In this document: piece by piece, positions 31,325 to 41,308 of the stretch
How the letters are laid out: every line of letters begins with the position of its first letter
Numbering within the stretch: position 1 is the stretch's first letter
Source: Desulfobacterales bacterium
Lineage (GTDB): Bacteria; Desulfobacterota; Desulfobacteria; Desulfobacterales; SURF-7
Direction: 5' to 3'
Length of the DNA: 61,701 nt
NCBI GenBank assembly: GCA_018693105.1
Contig: JABHLN010000006.1
Coordinates: forward strand, 1-61,701
Made by a program: the position numbers and the translations under genes
The notes under the pieces: generated by a model
Databases searched by the model: none
What the model saw: only the letters and a program-made list of their open reading frames with translations
Told to the model about the DNA's origin: nothing

Positions 31325-33751
31325 TTATGCAGCCTGCTCTCCAAACCCCTGTCCCATGTTTAATACAAAGTTAGGTTTAAGAATTGAAGACAGTGCAGGA
31401 ATGAATACCAATGCTCCGATCATGTTAAATGTCATGAGAAGCAGAATCAACAGTCCCATTTCAGCCTGGAATTTAAGGGTTGAAAAGAGCCAGAACATTG
31501 TTCCGGTAGCTGTTGTCAACGCAGTAAAAATAATAATTTTACCGGTTGTTGCAAGAGCAATAAGTTTTGCTTTTTCAAAATCTTCAGTTAAAGCACATTC
31601 CTCTTTCAAACGACTGAGCAGGTAAATACCATAGTCAATACCAACACCTACTCCAATAGCCGCAACCGGGAGTGAGTCGATATTCAGGTCGATATGCAGA
31701 TACATCATAACCAGCTCACAAAGCACCTGAGATGCATAAAGAGGCAGGATAAGGATAAGTGCAGCTTTAAATGAACGATATGTAATTAGACACAACAAGA
31801 AAGTTACAGAAAAGATTACTATAAGAATTGCCCAGTATGACCATTCAACCTCTTCATTTACAGCCGCCATTATGCCGAGTATACCACCTGCAAGTTTAAT
31901 TCTAACCTTTGAATCAGGATCAGAGTTAATCGGTTTAGCAAAATCTTTGACGTCTTGTATAGCATCTTTAATAATTTTGTGATTATAATTTCTCAAGAAT
32001 GCGGTAACATTTGAATTCTGATAATTTGGAAGACTGACAAACCTGTCAAACTCTCCCGGAGACATTCCCGAAGAAAGAAGGAAGAACATCTGACCGATCA
32101 TCCGCTTCTTGCTTGGAATAGTACCCCATTTGGGACACCCGTCATGATACATCATGTTTATTCCCCGGACAGTGTCGGTCATGCTCAAAGTACCCCCGAC
32201 GGTATCAATTTTTTCCGTCATGAATGTACCGAGTTTTTCCATTACCTGCAGAACACTCTGGGTTTTTATTGCAGCTTTCTCTTTTCCTTCAACAATAATT
32301 ATAAGACGGGACTCGCCTACAAAGTCTCTGTTAAGGATTCTGCTTCCCTCGTTAAAAGGATGATCAGGATATAATATTGCACCTCCCGCACTTGAGTCAC
32401 CGATTTTAAGATGTGTTCCGGTAAAAATACCTCCGGGAATAACCAGTATGAGAATAAATGCAAATACTAACCATTTAAAACCCGGGCCGGATGCTCTTTG
32501 AATGATCCCGGTAAACTGTTCATATACTTTCTGCAATAATGCACCCATGCCGGATTTTTGGTCATCACTTGAATCAAGATCACCAAGATTTGGCTGGGGC
32601 AGAAATGGTATGAGAATCGGATTTAATATGGAAACCGAAACAAAAATACTTATGATCCAGAATGACGAGACATAAGCAAGTTTCTGCATAAGTGGAATTG
32701 TGGCGATGCAGATTGTAAGAACACCCAGACCGTCGGTTATAATTGCCAGCATTGCAGGAGGATAAAGCGAAGAGTATGCCTTTACTATAGACTCTTTCAT
32801 TTGACCGCCGGAAACCATATATTCCTGATTATAACGTTCCAGACACTGGCAGGAATGTGAAAGCGCCCTTGCAGATAGTAATACAGGTACAACCAGGAGA
32901 AGCGGATCAACATTAAATCCCATTACTGCTGCAAAACCAAGTCCCCATATGGCGCTGAGGGTTCCTGAAATAACAGGAATCAATATGCCGCGTATAGTTC
33001 TGAAATAAACTATCAACAACAAAACCATGGCGCTGAGGGTTGAAAGAAGAACTATCATTATCTCCATTTTATAAAAGTCAAGCCATGCATACAGCATGGG
33101 ATAACCGGTAACAATGGTTTCATGAGTATCATCATTAACCGAATCACAAAGTTCATTGACCATTCTGAAAAGTCTTCCGAAATTAAGACCTTCTTCCCAG
33201 AAACCTGCATTAACAACTGCAGATTTATCATCTAAAGAAATTAGGATACCTTTAACAGCGGCAGCTTTGTATGCTGAGTCCTTAAAAGTCTGGCAGAGTT
33301 CCGGAGTTTTGGGATACCCGACAGACGGCCAGGCAAGAGGAAACACGCCTATACCACTCGGATTTAACCGGATTTGCTTTGTTTTTGGATGAGTTGCGGA
33401 GACAACCTGAAGGGGGTTAATCCCCGGAACCATTAATACACCACGTGTCAGGGTATCCAGCTTTTTTAATGTATCAGTATGGTATACATCCTTTCCATCG
33501 GTTCTTCTCAAAATGATAGTAAGAACATTTGCAGAACCAAACATCTTTCTATATTCTTTATAAAGCTTTATATATTCATGTTTTGGAGGGTAAAGTTCGA
33601 AAAAGTTTGTTACGATTTGCAGCCTGGTGCTTATGGCATATATCGAAAGTGCCGTAATAACTGCGAGAATAAGCATAATCAAGTTTTTAAATTTTAGCTG
33701 ATTCTCAACAAGAGAAATCCAAAATTTGTGGACCGGTGCCTTTGTTTCCAT
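31325..33751 (-). CDS. RND/MMPL-family transporter (COG1033)
   Basis: 808 aa, two-fold TM repeat, ARALSHS and GVGIDYGIY motifs. Confidence 0.92.
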   Translation of the reverse strand: METKAPVHKFWISLVENQLKFKNLIMLILAVITALSIYAISTRLQIVTNFFELYPPKHEYIKLYKEYRKMFGSANVLTIILRRTDGKDVYHTDTLKKLDTLTRGVLMVPGINPLQVVSATHPKTKQIRLNPSGIGVFPLAWPSVGYPKTPELCQTFKDSAYKAAAVKGILISLDDKSAVVNAGFWEEGLNFGRLFRMVNELCDSVNDDTHETIVTGYPMLYAWLDFYKMEIMIVLLSTLSAMVLLLIVYFRTIRGILIPVISGTLSAIWGLGFAAVMGFNVDPLLLVVPVLLSARALSHSCQCLERYNQEYMVSGGQMKESIVKAYSSLYPPAMLAIITDGLGVLTICIATIPLMQKLAYVSSFWIISIFVSVSILNPILIPFLPQPNLGDLDSSDDQKSGMGALLQKVYEQFTGIIQRASGPGFKWLVFAFILILVIPGGIFTGTHLKIGDSSAGGAILYPDHPFNEGSRILNRDFVGESRLIIIVEGKEKAAIKTQSVLQVMEKLGTFMTEKIDTVGGTLSMTDTVRGINMMYHDGCPKWGTIPSKKRMIGQMFFLLSSGMSPGEFDRFVSLPNYQNSNVTAFLRNYNHKIIKDAIQDVKDFAKPINSDPDSKVRIKLAGGILGIMAAVNEEVEWSYWAILIVIFSVTFLLCLITYRSFKAALILILPLYASQVLCELVMMYLHIDLNIDSLPVAAIGVGVGIDYGIYLLSRLKEECALTEDFEKAKLIALATTGKIIIFTALTTATGTMFWLFSTLKFQAEMGLLILLLMTFNMIGALVFIPALSSILKPNFVLNMGQGFGEQAA

Positions 33752-33820
33752 CCTTATATATCCTTTCTATTAATAATCGTTTATGTTTCAATAATTAATA
33801 TAAGCAAATAATAGTTATTA

Positions 33821-34801
33821 TTACTTTTTCTGAATAATTTCAAAGTTATCAAAGAAAAGTATAGAACCTCTCGTTCCTGCAACTATATAACTGTTATCTT
33901 CAAGACTTGACAGGCATTGAAACCAGGCAGCCCTTAAATATGGAGGAGGTGGAAGTTTTGTCCATTTGTCACCGTTCTCTTCAATTTTGTAAAATCCCCC
34001 GTTATTCCCTACGGCAAAACCTATACCATTATCGTTTAGTTTAAGATTAAATACGGAGTCCTCTGAAACAGTTTGTTTGGTCCATGTTTTTCCTGAATCA
34101 TGGGTTACAAAAACCATCCCCTGAAGACCTCCACAGATACCATGTTGTCCGTCACTGGTAAATGATATTGCAAACATTGTCGGTCCGTAAAAATCATCTT
34201 CAAGCACAATTCGATCCCAGCTCTTACCACCATCAATAGAGTGATAAAGCTTTCCCAGTTCCCCGGCAATCCATAGCTCCTTTTCGGAAATGTACTTCAC
34301 ATCATATAAAACCACATCCTCTGTAAGTGAAATATCAACCCAGGTTTTACCACCATCTTTTGTACTTATTATTTTTCCCCAGTCACCAACAACAATACCA
34401 TTGTTTCTGTCAATAAAGGCAACCTTCATCCAGGATTTATTCTCGGGTGCTGTTTGAGTTGTCCAGTTTTCCCCGCCATTATCGGTAGTTAATATCATTC
34501 CATCCTGTCCAACTGCCCAGCCCTTCTTTTTGTCCACAAAAGACATGCTGAAGATAGAATCATATGTATTTGTTTCCTGTTTTTCCCAGGTCAATCCTCC
34601 ATTTATTGTATGGAAAAGATTCCCGCCTATTCCACAAACCCACCCGTAACTTGCATCGACAAATTCAGTATGATAAACGCTCTTACGCATTAAACGATAA
34701 GTGATCTCATCAGCGTCGGCGTTACCAATTACCGGATTGCTTTGCGGTATTAAAAAAAATGCAGCAATTAATAACAATAAATAAACTAATCTTTTAAACA
34801 T
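33821..34801 (-). CDS. YCF48/BNR-repeat beta-propeller periplasmic protein
   Basis: Signal peptide; repeated (S/T)xDGGxxW Asp-boxes. Confidence 0.9.
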   Translation of the reverse strand: MFKRLVYLLLLIAAFFLIPQSNPVIGNADADEITYRLMRKSVYHTEFVDASYGWVCGIGGNLFHTINGGLTWEKQETNTYDSIFSMSFVDKKKGWAVGQDGMILTTDNGGENWTTQTAPENKSWMKVAFIDRNNGIVVGDWGKIISTKDGGKTWVDISLTEDVVLYDVKYISEKELWIAGELGKLYHSIDGGKSWDRIVLEDDFYGPTMFAISFTSDGQHGICGGLQGMVFVTHDSGKTWTKQTVSEDSVFNLKLNDNGIGFAVGNNGGFYKIEENGDKWTKLPPPPYLRAAWFQCLSSLEDNSYIVAGTRGSILFFDNFEIIQKK

Positions 34802-35177
34802 TTATTCCTCCTTCAGTATTCAAAGAAACAAAAAGAAAAAACAGAAACGGCTTTAATATTAAATAAAATTCCAAAATCTTAGTCTTTACTTTTCAACGTT
34901 TTTGCCTCTTGAACAGTCCATAAAACCGGTCAAAAAGCTATGATTTTTGCTTTTCTTTAGAAGAATTTAAAATGGTCTTGGCCAAAAAAGCAGTTGAGTA
35001 ACTAATAAAAAGAAAACAAGAACACTAAAATTCAAGGCTTAATAATAAAACTCTATAATTTAAAGCCCTTATGCCTAAAACAGGTGGGTCAAAAACCCAA
35101 TTTATATCTCCCGCATATTAACAAAAACCTTTACGCTGTCAAGGGAAATATTAACATTTATGAATATAATTAAATCT

Positions 35178-35314
35178 AATTGTTCCGGAAAAAGTATCCG
35201 GTATTGTAATAATTAGGTTTAATCATAAATCCAAAATACTACATGTATGCCATCAGACCTGACTGTACACTATAAATTGTATATAATGATCCGTGAAGAG
35301 CTTACGCAACCATC
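35178..35314 (-). mobile_element. MITE-A decayed copy, the only one on the minus strand
   Basis: Reverse complement reads ATCATTATATACAATTTATAGTGTACAGTCAGGTCTGATGGCATACATGTAGTAT, collinear with the family core. Confidence 0.7.
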
Positions 35315-35438
35315 ATTTATAATTTTTTATGCATCCTTACAATTTTAAAAAAAATATAAGCAACAGAGTTCTTTATGGAACATTTTTCAAGACTACAGAT
35401 CAGGTTTTAAATACTTCTGATTTTACCCATTTAAACAG

Positions 35439-36242
35439 CTATCTGCCTTTATATTCCGGTTCACGCTTTTCTTTAAAAGCTTTAGGACCTTCCTGTGCAT
35501 CTTCAGTCATAAAAACCGGAGTGGCAAGCGCTTTTTCCTTTTCCAGACCCTCGGCAATAGTAAGCCCCGTGCATTGAATAACAGACTTTTTTATTGCAGT
35601 TACAGCAAGCGGGCCGTTTTTAGCTATTATGCCTGCAAACCTTTCAGCTTCCTCTAAAACATTTTCACGGGGAACCACACGATTAACAAAACCCAGTTGA
35701 TATGCTTCCTCCGCATCAATCAATTCACCTGTCAACAAAATCTCCATTGCCCTTGCATATGGAATCTGACGGGGAAGCTTTACACTTGATCCACCCGCAG
35801 GAAAAATAGCCCATTTTGCCTCCTGAAGACCGAACTTTGCTCCTTCAGCAGCAATCCTTATATCTGTTGAATAAAGGATCTCCATTCCACCGGCAATTGC
35901 ATGCCCTGTGACTGCTGCAATAACCGGTTTGTATAGCTCAAAGCTTTTTAATAGAGCAACATCTGCAGCATCAGGGTTTGCCAGGAATCTCTTTTCATAA
36001 TCGTTTCTTGGTGCAATGGCACCGGTTATGATGGGTATTAATGATCCGAGATCTGCACCGGCACAAAAAGACTTGTCCCCGGCACCTGTTAATATTGCAC
36101 AACGAAGACTATCATCATCACGATACTCTTCCCATGCATCGCACAAAGCCATCATAAGTTCAGGATTAAGAGCATTATGGGCCTCAGGCCTGTTCAAAGT
36201 CAAATAAGCAATTCCATTTTTCTTTTCAAAAATAAGAGCCAT
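35439..36242 (-). CDS. Enoyl-CoA hydratase (EchA19/CaiD-like)
   Basis: FCAGADL, AGGME, FGLQEAKW. Confidence 0.92.
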   Translation of the reverse strand: MALIFEKKNGIAYLTLNRPEAHNALNPELMMALCDAWEEYRDDDSLRCAILTGAGDKSFCAGADLGSLIPIITGAIAPRNDYEKRFLANPDAADVALLKSFELYKPVIAAVTGHAIAGGMEILYSTDIRIAAEGAKFGLQEAKWAIFPAGGSSVKLPRQIPYARAMEILLTGELIDAEEAYQLGFVNRVVPRENVLEEAERFAGIIAKNGPLAVTAIKKSVIQCTGLTIAEGLEKEKALATPVFMTEDAQEGPKAFKEKREPEYKGR

Positions 36243-36413
36243 ACTTTAACCTCCAAATTAATTATATTATTATTATTTTCTTTACAGAAGCTTCATAATC
36301 AATTTCTGATAAGATACCGGCAACAGTCGTGTTATAATATCGAAAAAGTATGCATCACTTCCAATAAGAATTCTTTTCCTGTTTTTCATGATAACTTCCC
36401 CAAAAATAAACGC

Positions 36414-38069
36414 CTAAGACAGAAGTTTCCTCAGGTCTTTTCTTAATATTTTTCCCACTGTCGTTTTAGGTAGATCCGGCATGAATTCTATCTGTGTTGG
36501 AAGCTTGTATTTTGCTACCTTGTCAGCACAGAAATTTATCATTTCTTCTTCAGTTGCAGTTTCTCCCTCTTTTAGCGCAACAAACACCTTTATCTGCTCA
36601 CCTCTTGTTGGATGCGGTATACCAACAGCACATGCCTCCTTAACTTTTGGATTCTCGAAAAACACTTCATCTATTTCTCGTGGAAAAACATTGTAGCCCC
36701 CTGAGATTATCATATCCTTCTTACGGTCAACAACATAGAAGTAGCCGTCCTCATCCATTTTCACGATATCTCCTGAATAAAACCATCCATCACGAAGTGC
36801 ATTTTCCGTTTCACCGGGCATATTCAGATAGCCTTTCATCACCTGCGGCCCTTTAATAACAAGTTCACCCTCTTCTCCAACAGGAACTTCCTTTTCACTG
36901 TCTTCGATATCAACAACACGGCATAAAGTATCAGGAAAGGGAATTCCTACGCTTCCTATACGCCCTTTTCCCCTTTTAAAAGGATTTGCTGTAACAGCAG
37001 GGGAACACTCGGTCATACCAAGCGCCTCTACAATAAACGCTCCTGTTTTACTCTCAAATTCCTTAATAACTTCTACAGGAAGTGGAGATGCACCACAGGT
37101 GCATCCTTTCAGACATGAAAAATCAATATTGTCAAAATCCGGATGATTCAGGATACCGATATACATTGTAGGGGCCATTGGTACATAATTCGGCTTATAT
37201 TTTCTTATTGAATCCAGAAGGACATCAGGCTGTGGTTTTGTTACAAATATGCTTCTGCCTTCCATGTAAACTACCATGCTCATAAGTGTTAACCCGAACA
37301 CATGGAATATCGGCATGGCAGCAAGGGCCTTGAAATCTTCATCTTTTAAATCCTGAAACCAAACAGCTACCTGTTGTGTTTGTGTACTCATATTTCCGTG
37401 AGTAAGTATGGCCCCCTTGGAAACACCGGTAGTCCCGCCCGTATACTGATAAATAGCAGTATCTTCAAAAGACATTTTAACCTCAGGTGGCTCCGGCGGA
37501 TATTTTTCCAATATATCATTCCATTTAAAAACATCATCCGCATCTGCAACATCAACAAAAAGCTCTTTTTCCGGGGATGGATGATAATCCCCCATTGAAG
37601 TATAAATAATCTGTTTGATTCCTGTTTCAGACCGCAGGTCAACCATACGATTAACAAGAGCATCAAATGTTATTAGAACCTTTGATCCGGAACCGCTTAA
37701 CTGGTGCTTAAGTTCCCGGTCAGATGAAAGGGGATTGTTCATTACAACAATTCCACCGACTTTAAGTATTGCGAAAAGCCCAACAGCAACAGGGATAAGG
37801 TTTGGAAGAAGAATAGCAACACTGTCGCCTTTTTTTACTCCAAAATCCGCAAGGCAGGTAGCCATCCGGTTTACATAATCATAAAACTCCCGATAGGTGA
37901 TTTCATAACCTTCATATTCAAATGCAACCCGTTCAGGACAATTTGCAACAGTCCTTTCTAAAAAGTCAGAAAGAGTCTTTTCTTCATAATCTATGTATTC
38001 AGGTATTCCTTCAGCATAATGAGCCAGCCAAGGTTTATCCTCATATCTAACTTTTTCTCCCATATCCAT
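36414..38069 (-). CDS. fadD: Long-chain fatty acid-CoA ligase
   Basis: YQYTGGTTGVSKG, GMTE, GPQVMKGY, SGGYNVFPRE, VGKILR. Confidence 0.9.
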   Translation of the reverse strand: MDMGEKVRYEDKPWLAHYAEGIPEYIDYEEKTLSDFLERTVANCPERVAFEYEGYEITYREFYDYVNRMATCLADFGVKKGDSVAILLPNLIPVAVGLFAILKVGGIVVMNNPLSSDRELKHQLSGSGSKVLITFDALVNRMVDLRSETGIKQIIYTSMGDYHPSPEKELFVDVADADDVFKWNDILEKYPPEPPEVKMSFEDTAIYQYTGGTTGVSKGAILTHGNMSTQTQQVAVWFQDLKDEDFKALAAMPIFHVFGLTLMSMVVYMEGRSIFVTKPQPDVLLDSIRKYKPNYVPMAPTMYIGILNHPDFDNIDFSCLKGCTCGASPLPVEVIKEFESKTGAFIVEALGMTECSPAVTANPFKRGKGRIGSVGIPFPDTLCRVVDIEDSEKEVPVGEEGELVIKGPQVMKGYLNMPGETENALRDGWFYSGDIVKMDEDGYFYVVDRKKDMIISGGYNVFPREIDEVFFENPKVKEACAVGIPHPTRGEQIKVFVALKEGETATEEEMINFCADKVAKYKLPTQIEFMPDLPKTTVGKILRKDLRKLLS

Positions 38070-38285
38070 CTCCTTTTGCTTTATAACTTTTCCATGTTTT
38101 TCCTTAAGAAATATTCAACCCGTAAAGCCGTATCACATATTAAATTCATCGGCAATCAAAGATACTGCAGTATGTATAATTATCCCCGAGACAACTTGAG
38201 ACCTTTGCAGAATGCTCATTATTGTTCAAGTTCAAGGAAGATGAAAATTTTATACCGGGATGACTTTGAACTAGGAGGAAAAGAA

Positions 38286-38323
38286 AAAGACCTTTGAAAA
38301 AAGTAAATTCTCCAAAGGTCTTT
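38286..38323. terminator. Hairpin downstream of the 38418 ligase
   Basis: AAAGACCTTTG / CAAAGGTCTTT perfect 11-bp inverted repeat. Confidence 0.55.
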
Positions 38324-38417
38324 GTAAATGCACCACATAGCAAAGGGAATGAAAAAGTAAGCAACGGATTGCTGCTTACTGAAACATGATTTCGGTTACA
38401 GGTCGATCATAATAATA

Positions 38418-40031
38418 TCATTTCATACAATCAGGATATTTAAATACATTCGAAGCATCCTTGCTGAAATCATCCTTTAACAGCCGACCAAGGTTTTTCT
38501 CAGATGCTGTCTTTGGAATTTCATCAACAACCTGAAGGTATGTGGGAATAAAACTCTTTTCAAGGTCTGAATTCAAGAGTGCTTCAAAGATATTTTTAGG
38601 TATTATTTCCTGGCCGGGAACAGCATTTAATGCAGCAACTATATCGCTTTCTCCAGGTGCTCCTGACTCTGCAGGAACTCCGTATACACATACATCGGAA
38701 ACTTCCGATAACTCAGCCATTGCCTTCTCAATAGATTCCGGAATTACAAAATCACCCTGACGCCTTAGCCCGCCACCCATACGAAAATCAAAAAACAACC
38801 AGCCATCTTCATCCTTGTGGACCATATCCCCTGTCCTGAGCCATCCTCCGCGGGTTTTTTCCTCTGAAGCTTTTTTGTTACCAATATACTCAACCTCGGT
38901 TTTTCCCTGTGGTAATCTCCCGATCAGTTCACCTATTTCACCGGGGTCAGTTTCAGTATCATCTTCTCTAACAACCTTCATCTCCCACATTCCTTCAAGG
39001 GGCTTTCCAAAAGATCCTATGGGACCGGCACCCACCGGATTATGTGCGAAGCCACCTTCAACAGTTCCGTACCATTCATGAATTTTTAAATTGAACCGTT
39101 TTTCAAAATTTTCCCAGATGGTTCTAGGTGTACCGGCACTGAGTACTTTTATGACCGGATTATCACCATCATTTGGTTTAACAGGTTCTGAATAAATTCC
39201 CATCATCATTCCACCAAGAAGAGAAAAAGTGGTGCATCCATATTTCCTGCACACATCCCAAATTCGGCTTTTTGTGAATTTGCGACTTATTACGCCTGGA
39301 ATAGAAAGAGTCAGAGCCGGAAGCATTGTAACGGCATTTGCATTTCCATGGGAAAGAGAAAGCCCGGTATAAAGTATATCATTCTCATCATACTGCCAGA
39401 CAAGCTTTGAAACAGCTTCTATACCCAGAAACCTATCGGCTTTACTTGTAACACCTTTGGGATTTCCTGTAGTCCCTGATGTATAAACTATCATAAAAGG
39501 ATCATTCAGAGAGTGCTGATCGGGAACTAAGCCGGGGGCCTCCGGACCTTCGAGTATTTCCTCCATACCTTGATATTTTGATGTGTCTACACCTTCAAAA
39601 TAATCACGGTTCATTACACTGACAAAATTCAGGTCAGGAATTGCCGGCAGCACTTTTTCCATATTCCCCATGAACTCACCGGCAAAGATAACACCTTTTG
39701 AGTTTGAATCTTTTATCTGGTATATCAGTTTATCACCTTTAGTGCGGGGATCTACAGGAACTATTACGGCTCCAAGGGCTGAAGCGGCATATTGGGCAAT
39801 AATTACTTCAGGGTGATTGCGAAGCAGGATTGTAAATACATCACCACGTCCTATGCCTTTCTTTTTTAATGCCTGAGCCAGTTTATTCCCCTTAAGAACA
39901 AGGTCAGAATAGGTTAGCACCTCATCAGAATATGGATGACATTCAAATGTCAAAACCTTGAAATCAGGTTTTTCCTCGGCTTTTGCCATCATTTCAAAAG
40001 CCATAATCCCGGGTAATTTACTTTCAGCCAT
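38418..40031 (-). CDS. CaiC/FadD17-like acyl-CoA ligase
   Basis: YTSGTTGNPKG, HGNA, YGTVEG, RTGD, PKTASEK. Confidence 0.9.
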   Translation of the reverse strand: MAESKLPGIMAFEMMAKAEEKPDFKVLTFECHPYSDEVLTYSDLVLKGNKLAQALKKKGIGRGDVFTILLRNHPEVIIAQYAASALGAVIVPVDPRTKGDKLIYQIKDSNSKGVIFAGEFMGNMEKVLPAIPDLNFVSVMNRDYFEGVDTSKYQGMEEILEGPEAPGLVPDQHSLNDPFMIVYTSGTTGNPKGVTSKADRFLGIEAVSKLVWQYDENDILYTGLSLSHGNANAVTMLPALTLSIPGVISRKFTKSRIWDVCRKYGCTTFSLLGGMMMGIYSEPVKPNDGDNPVIKVLSAGTPRTIWENFEKRFNLKIHEWYGTVEGGFAHNPVGAGPIGSFGKPLEGMWEMKVVREDDTETDPGEIGELIGRLPQGKTEVEYIGNKKASEEKTRGGWLRTGDMVHKDEDGWLFFDFRMGGGLRRQGDFVIPESIEKAMAELSEVSDVCVYGVPAESGAPGESDIVAALNAVPGQEIIPKNIFEALLNSDLEKSFIPTYLQVVDEIPKTASEKNLGRLLKDDFSKDASNVFKYPDCMK

Positions 40032-40070
40032 AACTTATCTCCTATTATTATATGTTTTTTTCGCAAGTTT

Positions 40071-40221
40071 GATGAACTCGTAAAAAGTATAACCGATGGC
40101 TAAGTAAAAATCTTCATATACAAGGCATAGTGGTTGATCAGGAGTGAAGGCATACATGCAGTACGTCGAACTTCTGATCAACCGCTATAACGCAGTAGAT
40201 GGAGACTTTTACGACGCCATC
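40071..40221 (+). mobile_element. MITE-A copy 6 (best preserved, 151 bp)
   Basis: GATGAACTCGTAAAAAGT...ACTTTTACGACGCCATC; perfect TSD AAGTTT (40065-70, 40222-27); fully paired 19-bp inner stem. Confidence 0.95.
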
Positions 40222-40313
40222 AAGTTTTATTCCAAAATAATTACTGATAATATCATAAAAGCCTTCCATCTGCATGGTTATTGAAAATTAAACTTTTTAC
40301 AAAAGCATTATTT

Positions 40314-40919
40314 TTAATCATTATCCGGAATAAGAAAACCTTTGATTGCCCTTACAAAAGATGCCTTTGCCCAGGCTGTAGTATGAGATTCCGGATCAAG
40401 AAACCACCGTGTAGCTATTCCTTGAGAAAAAGAACAAATAGCCCTTGCTGTGCTGTCAGGGTCAACACCAGTAAAGGTTTCGTTGCTAAGCCCGTCCTCA
40501 ATAACACCCTTCACTAGTTCTACCCAGCTTTCCACCCAATCATGGTATATAGTACGATATTCTTCGTCATGTATTGCCATGGACATACAGTCAATAAGGA
40601 TAGTAAACCCTATATTGCTATCAGAATCCCTCCGGTCATAAAGTGTCTGGAATGATAAAAGTTTTTCCAGGGGTTCGCCGTATTTTTCCATATTTTCTTC
40701 ACTTCTTTCGAGAATACGGCTGAAAAATTCATTAAAAACTGCTATGAAAAGTTCTTTCTTGGAATGAAAATAATGTGCAAGGCCGCCCTTGGAAAAGCCG
40801 GCAGCTTTTGCAATATCTGCCATTGTCACATTAGCATAACCCGAAGATGAAATTATCTTCATCCCGGCATTTAATATCTGGGTTTTTCTTATTGTTTCCA
40901 GCTCAGGTATATGAGGCAT
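40314..40919 (-). CDS. TetR-family regulator (BetI-like)
   Basis: VTMADIAKAAGFSKGGLAHYFHSK; start MPHIPE after AGGAG. Confidence 0.92.
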   Translation of the reverse strand: MPHIPELETIRKTQILNAGMKIISSSGYANVTMADIAKAAGFSKGGLAHYFHSKKELFIAVFNEFFSRILERSEENMEKYGEPLEKLLSFQTLYDRRDSDSNIGFTILIDCMSMAIHDEEYRTIYHDWVESWVELVKGVIEDGLSNETFTGVDPDSTARAICSFSQGIATRWFLDPESHTTAWAKASFVRAIKGFLIPDND

Positions 40920-40960
40920 AAATAAACTCCTGTGAACCCATAAAATCATATATTTCTACA

Positions 40961-41003
40961 ACCGACCGACTAACTGGACTGTTGACAGGTCAGCTGGTCG
41001 GTC
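40961..41003. promoter_or_regulatory. Possible TetR operator halves ACCGACC...GGTCGGT
   Basis: Inverted 7-mers just upstream of the TetR start. Confidence 0.4.
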
Positions 41004-41308
41004 ACTGAACCGTGTTAAAAAATCCTCCCATTAAAGTCAAGTCCTTTTTATTAATTTCCAATCTAAAAAAATATAATAATTACAAATTCAACAAAGACTT
41101 TACCTGTATGGCAGGGTTATCATAACAATGTATTGAAAATTATTAACGGTGAAAAACATGTCCCTTTATTGACCGTATTTATTATCGCTGATAGAAATAT
41201 GAAAAACCCACACAAGCCATATTTCTTGAACTTTTTTATTTTTATGTTAGTTATATCAATTCAATTTAATCATTAATAAAAGAAAGTTATTATCAGGAGA
41301 AACCATTC

